Shown here: positions 44,198 to 49,520 of the stretch, piece by piece | How positions within the stretch are numbered: position 1 is the stretch's first letter | Layout of the letters: each line of letters begins with the position of its first letter | DNA from: Candidatus Parvarchaeota archaeon | GTDB lineage: Archaea; Nanobdellota; Nanobdellia; Parvarchaeales; Parvarchaeaceae | DNA length: 49,520 nt | Reading direction: 5' to 3' | Assembly: GCA_023378805.1 (NCBI GenBank) | Contig: JAMCSQ010000044.1 | Coordinates: 1 to 49,520 of the forward strand | Notes under the pieces: generated by a model | Database searches by the model: none | Told to the model about the DNA's origin: nothing | The model's input: only the letters and a program-made list of their open reading frames with translations | Made by a program: the position numbers and the translations under genes

Positions 44198-44716
44198 TTA
44201 AGGTCTGTTCTGATTTGTAAATTTACCGGAGTATTTTGCCTTTCCCTTTAATTCTTCAAATACTATCTGACAGATTTTGGTATTTGGCTTTATAACCAAT
44301 GCTATTGGAGATAGGTTAGCCATTTCTAATACTATCTTTCCCGAAGTACCGGGCTGCATAAAACCGCTGCTTATGTGTGTTAGCAGTCCTAATCTTGCAA
44401 ATCTTGATCTACCGTCTATCCTAGCAGATATATTTTGTGGAAGCGAGACTTTTTCTATTGTTATTGCATGAACTAATTCTCCTGGCTGGATAAGAAAACT
44501 TTCACCTTTCTTTATCTTTATTTCTTCTGTCAGTTCTTTGTAATCGGTATAATCATCCACTACAACTATTCTATTTACTTTTTTGAAAACTCTGAAAATA
44601 TAGCCTAATCTGAGATCAACGGATCCCGGGCCTATCTGCTTCCTATCTAATGGATCTATCCTTAACTTCTTAGAATCCAGAAGCTTTATTATTTCATCAT
44701 GCGATAATACCGCCAT
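44198..44716 (-). CDS. dcd: dCTP deaminase family protein (dCTP deaminase / dUTPase fold)
   Basis: 'MAVLSHDEIIKLL...RIDPL...IGPGSVDLRLG' and 'ARIDGRSRFARLGL' are typical of Dcd. Confidence 0.85.
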   Translation of the reverse strand: MAVLSHDEIIKLLDSKKLRIDPLDRKQIGPGSVDLRLGYIFRVFKKVNRIVVVDDYTDYKELTEEIKIKKGESFLIQPGELVHAITIEKVSLPQNISARIDGRSRFARLGLLTHISSGFMQPGTSGKIVLEMANLSPIALVIKPNTKICQIVFEELKGKAKYSGKFTNQNRP

Positions 44717-44859
44717 AATTACTTAAATGCCTCATTCATTAAAAACATTTACTTTTTAACGTATTAATCTGGGCAATACACTAAAAATATGGTAAAGTAA
44801 TTTTCCAAAAACTCGTCTCAAAAAGCAAATCCTAACTGCAGAAGCCGATTATAGTATAG

Positions 44860-47800
44860 TTAAGAAACACTACCAAAAGTAATGGAAGGCATTACTCCGT
44901 TTGGAGGGAAATCTCTAATTAAAACCCAGTAAGCAGATATAGTTCCTCCGGCACTACCTCCGCCTCCGATACCTATCAGGGTTGGTTCGCTGATCGTCGT
45001 ATCAACCATCTGAACTTGATTAAAATTGAAATACCACCACGCTTTTGAACCATTGTTTGCCATTCCATAGACATTATAGGTATTGATAGGTTCACCAGGA
45101 GAATACCAATTAAATCCAGAATTATAGGTATAAGGATTGTAACTGGTTCCATCTATTCCCCAAGAAACGGCAACTTCATCAAATTTACTTGTGCCAGTTG
45201 CCCCAGTTGGATCAACATACCCTTCTATTATATTAGAAGTTGCAGGAATACTAATGTCAGCTAATGCTCCGGAAGCCACCGTTATCCCATTGTTAACTGT
45301 CACACTTCCATAACCGTTATTTGCATTTACCCATCCACTTGGCAGACTTGTTCCATTAAAGTTCCAATAGTTATTGAATATATTAGCACCGTCATCGTAT
45401 TCTGTATATGTTGAGGATAATTGCGGTGCTTCACCGTCGTTTACTGCATTAAACAGGTTTTTAGTTTTATTAACTAACCCCATATAAATCGTTATTTTTG
45501 AATTTGCGGGAATGCTGCCGACTTTTACCCACCAGATTGCATTTGTTGATGTATAATTCTCTAGCCAACTGGGTATTACTGTTCCATTCGCATAGAAGAA
45601 TTCTACGTTTTGACCGAAAGCAGCCGTTTGACTGGTATTGATGTATGTCCAGCTGCCGTCTGTTGAAGAAACATTAACCATCTGCTGGAATGGACTTGGA
45701 GTTGCTGATGACTGCGTGTTTGATATGTTAAGTTCCTGGTATTCCTGGAAATCTGAAAATGAAACCGTTGAAGAGAGTACTCTTTCATAATAGGTTACGT
45801 TAAGTATTCCTGATGAGTTGGAATGAGCCGTGACTTTGTATAATCCTGCTGATAGTGTTTTCAGGTAAGTTGCCTTTCCTTTTGTAAGAGGTGCTACCTC
45901 TGTTCCATTGACATATATGGAAACGTAATAGTTGTTTGAAGATGCAACCGCTGTGAAATTAGATTGGCTGCTGTTTATTATGCTGTTATTTGCATTAACT
46001 ACGCCATTTAGATACAAGCTTAGACTTGGGATTTCTACGGTAGGCATTATTCCATTTGGCGGGTAGGCACGAATTCTAAGCCACTTAGTTGTGATGTAAG
46101 CATTATTATCTGGACTTATTTCTGGGGATAAAGTTGTACCTAAATATGCTGAGTCTATACCTCCAGTAATTTCATTCGAATATGAATATAAGATAGGAAC
46201 TGAAGTAGAATCTACCCAGTACTCAGAATATACATAATACGTTCCGGAAGAAGGTTCGGGGTTAAAGTACGGCCCATTACCATTATTATTGTTATTTCCT
46301 ATCCTTGAGAATCCAATACCTCCATTATTCCAACCTGGACCAAATGCTTCGCTTCCTGAAGAAGTTGAAATAGCTAAACCTATATTTCCATACAGTGTTC
46401 CGCTTCCATACAAGTCTGTAAAAGAATCCATGATGAAATCTGTAGAGGACTGTAGCTTTAAATTTGAAGATATGCCGTAGTTGGGTTCTACTGTCACTCC
46501 GTTATTTACTGTATAGCCTGATCCTGTCCATCCTGTTGGCAGGCTTGTCCCTGCGAAATTCTCATAATAATTGAATACGTTAATCCCGTCATCGTATTCT
46601 GCATATGTTGGTGATAGCTGCGGAGCTTCTCCTGTTGTCTTATTGTTGAATAAGTCAGTGGTATTGGAAGCAAAACCTATCGCTATGTTAGTTAGAGTAG
46701 CATTTGCAGGTATGCCATTCGGTAATTTTATCCAGAATATGGCATACTTTGAAGTATAATTCTCAAGCCAGCTATCTATTACCTTATCATTTGTCATATT
46801 TATGAATTCTAAGTTCTGGAAATCATGGCCACTGCTGAGATTTACATACTTTTTGTATGCAGAATAAGAGAAATTAACCATCTGCTGGAATGGCTGTGAA
46901 GTTGCATTATGCTGCATATTTTTTATGTTTATAGGTATATAATACTCCAAAAACGAAGCCAAGCTTGGATATATCGTTCTTTTTATAGTTATTGAATCGG
47001 CTGTATAATTCTTATTTCCGCTACTATTCAGAACTATCGTATAGTTACCAGAGTAGCTGCCTAAATTTACTAGAGCATTTGATGTTATTGTCTGATTTAA
47101 AACGCCATTTATGTATAAATTTGCAGATAATTGATTATTGATTGTAAAAGTAGATGCATTTATTATAAGATTTGTTCCATTGGATGTATAATTTTCCTTT
47201 GGAATTGATGTCAAATTAAGGTAAGAATTTGCTTTGTTTATAGTCTCATAATAGGAGATATTCCCAATATCTGTTGAATTTGATCCACCAGTTACTTTTA
47301 TCTTGCCCGCAGCCAAGATACCGGAATCCGTTGAAATATTCTTAGAAAAGCCAGTTAAGGATTTTACTGAACTATTAATTGTTTCCCACAGTTTCACGTA
47401 ATGGTCATATGATTCCACTGTAAAATTACTATCTTTACCGTAGGTTGCTGTAATGTTGTTGTTTGAAAAGCCATTTATAAACAGATTTATAGGTTTTGTA
47501 ATCAGCGCATTAAGCTTAACCGAAGGCATTACTCCGTTTGGTGGGTAGGCACGAATTCTAAGCCATTCAACATTAATAGGGTATGTTGTTGAAAAAGAGG
47601 TTTGTGATGGATTTAACCAATTTGATATGGTAATGTATAATGGAGTAGTTGGGACTAAGTCTATTGTTGAAGCATAAGGTGAAAGAGAATTATAAGAAAC
47701 GGAAAAACTACCATTATCTGGATAAATAACACCAAAAATATTGTAATTGTTATTTGAAGGGATGTAATTAGAGTCAACAAAGCCATTATAGGAGCTTGAA

Positions 47801-49520
47801 GAAGTAGTTTCCGCGTCAACTCCGTTAACTTGAAATGAATTACCTACCCAGCCACCACCATTTTCATTTGGCGAATTATCTGCATGCCAAGATTGATTAT
47901 TATATTGAGTTAAAGCTACGGGGACCATTCTAAAATTAGCGGTATCAAAGCCGCTTAAATTAGCATAACTTTCAACAACTACGGGACTGGTAATCTGATA
48001 TGCTGAAGTGGAAATATATGTGTAGCTGCCCGTTACGGCATTGTACGGTATTGTTTCAGTAAGTCCATTATCTACTGTAATTATTCCATTACTTGTTCCA
48101 GATGCCCATTTGGTTGTGTTTAATTTCGTTCCTTTAAAATCACTATAAAAGTTGAATACATTAGCTCCGTCATCGTATTCTGCATACGTTGGTGATAATT
48201 GCGGAGCTTCTCCTGTTGTCTTATTGTTGAATAAGTCAGTGATATTGGAAGCAAAACCTATCGCTATGTCAGTTAGAGTAGCATTTGCAGGTATGCCATT
48301 CGGTAATTTTATCCAGAATATGGCATACTTTGAAGTATAATTCTCAAGCCAGCTGTCTATTACACTGCCATTTAATGTATCAAAGAACTCCACGTTTTGG
48401 AAGGCATAACGCCCAGTCTGATTGATATATTTACCATTTGAGGAGTTTATAGTCAAATTAATCATCTGCTGGAACGGCTGGGGGGTAGCAGAAATTTGGG
48501 AGTTGGTGATATTTAACACGGTGTACTTGTAAATGCTCTGAGGAGTAAATATACTATGTTTCGAGAAATTTATCATTAATTTACCAAACGAAATTGTATA
48601 ACCTGAAGAAGAATTTGGAACGTAAATTCTATTTGGGAAGGGTATATTATTGATACTATAACTGTAATTACCAAAATTATTTGTAATTTTTATCAAATTT
48701 GAGCTTGAATAATTTATCTTATTGCCGTATTTTACAGCCCAATTAGTATTAGTTGGAAGCCCCTGCTCCACAAATTCCTTGACACAAAGCCAATTTGACA
48801 GGTTATTATAGGCTCCTGCGTCTGCAACATTATTTGATGAACAGCTTAGATTTGATCCTGCAGAATAAACATAAATTCCCGAACCAGAGGAATTAGAATT
48901 TATTTTTATTGCATCCCCTGTTTTGTTACTCTTGTTTATTCCTCTGTAATCAACCCACCAATTACTGGCTTTAGGCAAAATACTTTGATTAAAGGTAGTG
49001 GTACAGTTCCAATTAGAAAAGACATACGTAGAGCCTGCTTCTACTGTCTTTGTCTGAGGATTGCAAGCCAAGGAGGTATTGGCTTTAGCAGTAAAGTTTC
49101 CAGGGTGCGTTGAAAAACTGAATATTGATCTAATAACGGTATAGTTGCTTATGGTTACGGTAGGCATTATTCCATTTGGGGGGTAGGCATTTGCTCTTGT
49201 CCAATAAATCGTATCTGTTATAGTCCCGCCTGACCCTGAGAAGAAATCAAACTCTAAATAGGATAAAGATTCTGCAGTGCTACTCGTGTAAGAATATGTT
49301 TTTCCATAATTTATTTGACCTGTCAGTTCTGTTGTTGAAAGGATGTTTGCGGTATACACACTATTTGAAGTTGGAGCTAATACTCCTGTATTTGTATCAC
49401 CTACCATAAAATTTACAGGACTACCACTGCCAATATTGAAATCCCAAGCCCCTACAAAGAAAAGCCCATTAGAAACACCAGTTGTAGAACTTGCTACACC
49501 CAAACTGTCTTGTGAGTTAT
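44860..49520 (-). CDS. Giant secreted/surface glycoprotein built of repeated DUF2341-like + lectin/LamG-like modules (N-terminus outside window)
   Basis: The frame stays open to the window edge; the track 'M' at 49503 is TTG with no upstream stop. There are four module-terminal motifs 'W-x-R/I-x-x-(Y/F)PPNG(I/V)MP(T/S)(V/I)' at nt 49171-49182, 47533-47544, 46051-46062 and 44896-44907. There are three copies of 'PFQQM(I/V)N...(N/Q)(V/L)EF...SWLENYTS...W(I/V)K...IPAN...GEAPQLS(P/S)TY(A/T)EYDDG'. Dozens of N-x-S/T sequons. No C-terminal TM. Confidence 0.8.
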   Translation of the reverse strand, partial: NSQDSLGVASSTTGVSNGLFFVGAWDFNIGSGSPVNFMVGDTNTGVLAPTSNSVYTANILSTTELTGQINYGKTYSYTSSTAESLSYLEFDFFSGSGGTITDTIYWTRANAYPPNGIMPTVTISNYTVIRSIFSFSTHPGNFTAKANTSLACNPQTKTVEAGSTYVFSNWNCTTTFNQSILPKASNWWVDYRGINKSNKTGDAIKINSNSSGSGIYVYSAGSNLSCSSNNVADAGAYNNLSNWLCVKEFVEQGLPTNTNWAVKYGNKINYSSSNLIKITNNFGNYSYSINNIPFPNRIYVPNSSSGYTISFGKLMINFSKHSIFTPQSIYKYTVLNITNSQISATPQPFQQMINLTINSSNGKYINQTGRYAFQNVEFFDTLNGSVIDSWLENYTSKYAIFWIKLPNGIPANATLTDIAIGFASNITDLFNNKTTGEAPQLSPTYAEYDDGANVFNFYSDFKGTKLNTTKWASGTSNGIITVDNGLTETIPYNAVTGSYTYISTSAYQITSPVVVESYANLSGFDTANFRMVPVALTQYNNQSWHADNSPNENGGGWVGNSFQVNGVDAETTSSSSYNGFVDSNYIPSNNNYNIFGVIYPDNGSFSVSYNSLSPYASTIDLVPTTPLYITISNWLNPSQTSFSTTYPINVEWLRIRAYPPNGVMPSVKLNALITKPINLFINGFSNNNITATYGKDSNFTVESYDHYVKLWETINSSVKSLTGFSKNISTDSGILAAGKIKVTGGSNSTDIGNISYYETINKANSYLNLTSIPKENYTSNGTNLIINASTFTINNQLSANLYINGVLNQTITSNALVNLGSYSGNYTIVLNSSGNKNYTADSITIKRTIYPSLASFLEYYIPINIKNMQHNATSQPFQQMVNFSYSAYKKYVNLSSGHDFQNLEFINMTNDKVIDSWLENYTSKYAIFWIKLPNGIPANATLTNIAIGFASNTTDLFNNKTTGEAPQLSPTYAEYDDGINVFNYYENFAGTSLPTGWTGSGYTVNNGVTVEPNYGISSNLKLQSSTDFIMDSFTDLYGSGTLYGNIGLAISTSSGSEAFGPGWNNGGIGFSRIGNNNNNGNGPYFNPEPSSGTYYVYSEYWVDSTSVPILYSYSNEITGGIDSAYLGTTLSPEISPDNNAYITTKWLRIRAYPPNGIMPTVEIPSLSLYLNGVVNANNSIINSSQSNFTAVASSNNYYVSIYVNGTEVAPLTKGKATYLKTLSAGLYKVTAHSNSSGILNVTYYERVLSSTVSFSDFQEYQELNISNTQSSATPSPFQQMVNVSSTDGSWTYINTSQTAAFGQNVEFFYANGTVIPSWLENYTSTNAIWWVKVGSIPANSKITIYMGLVNKTKNLFNAVNDGEAPQLSSTYTEYDDGANIFNNYWNFNGTSLPSGWVNANNGYGSVTVNNGITVASGALADISIPATSNIIEGYVDPTGATGTSKFDEVAVSWGIDGTSYNPYTYNSGFNWYSPGEPINTYNVYGMANNGSKAWWYFNFNQVQMVDTTISEPTLIGIGGGGSAGGTISAYWVLIRDFPPNGVMPSITFGSVS
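46571..46782. repeat. Near-identical intragenic repeat, copy 1
   Basis: 212 nt, about 95% identical by eye (about 11 mismatches) to 48152-48363, at an exact offset of 1581 nt (527 codons). Confidence 0.85.
48152..48363. repeat. Near-identical intragenic repeat, copy 2
   Basis: Partner of 46571-46782. It also produces the near-identical spurious plus-strand ORFs 46571..46759 and 48152..48340 in the track. Confidence 0.85.

Noticed and set aside
46571-46759. Plus-strand 62-aa ORFs 46571..46759 and 48152..48340 with near-identical products
   Set aside because: Both start with TTG and lie antisense within the giant surface-protein gene. Their similarity simply reflects the intragenic nucleotide repeat.
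49501-49503. Track start codon of the giant ORF
   Set aside because: The codon is TTG and the frame remains open to position 49520, so the real N-terminus lies outside the window.
1-49520. Searched by eye for CRISPR arrays, rRNA and tRNA genes
   Set aside because: No regularly spaced direct repeats were seen. Apart from 21611-21660 and 21888-21925, there are no GC-rich 70-90-nt islands or conserved T-arm/anticodon-arm patterns in the short intergenic regions. A covariance-model scan (tRNAscan-SE/Infernal) would be needed to be certain.

Overview
This is a 49.5-kb, visibly AT-rich and very gene-dense stretch. It holds about 55 protein-coding genes, many with 1-14 nt start/stop overlaps. I found no rRNA, tRNA or CRISPR array by eye. 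The gene content points to an archaeal chromosome, most plausibly an acidophilic Thermoplasmatales-like euryarchaeon; this is inference only. The supporting content is an Lhr-type helicase with its metallophosphoesterase partner, a pyruvoyl AdoMet decarboxylase, a short GlpA-like G3P dehydrogenase coupled to a CoxG-like protein, many Asn-X-Ser/Thr-rich membrane-anchored proteins and a giant modular surface protein. Functional blocks: (i) 0.2-9.9 kb, small-molecule housekeeping enzymes (GNAT, SDR, NUDIX, methyltransferase, FMN reductase, MFS) plus two sequon-rich surface proteins and a C2H2 zinc-finger mini-protein. (ii) 10-15.3 kb, a minus-strand string of aldo/keto reductase, HxlR regulator, di-haem cytochrome b, membrane protein and a nitrilase-like protein, followed by an isochorismatase-like gene. 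(iii) 15.4-18.3 kb, a UvrD-type helicase fused to a RecB-type nuclease. (iv) 19.8-21.6 kb, G3P dehydrogenase + CoxG-like, with a decayed IS200/IS605 (tnpB) remnant at its 5' end. (v) 22-28.3 kb, a second nitrilase-like paralog, Lhr + MPE, a methyltransferase and a DEAD-box helicase. (vi) 29-34.8 kb, GDPD-glpK-MFS glycerol/glycerophosphodiester operon preceded by three small membrane proteins and a HAD-IIA phosphatase. (vii) 34.8-39.1 kb, a PadR-headed operon with two ABC-2 exporters. (viii) 39.2-44.7 kb, SOD, AdoMetDC, Bcp, endonuclease III, dCTP deaminase. (ix) 44.9 kb to the window end, a surface protein of more than 1550 aa built from repeated modules. Best candidates for something undescribed: a thrice-repeated, translationally coupled pair of small three-TM proteins; two divergent nitrilase-superfamily paralogs; the modular giant surface protein, which carries a gene-conversion tract; and the IS remnant that provides the 5' region of the G3P dehydrogenase gene. 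All functional calls come from motif recognition by eye. No database search was run.
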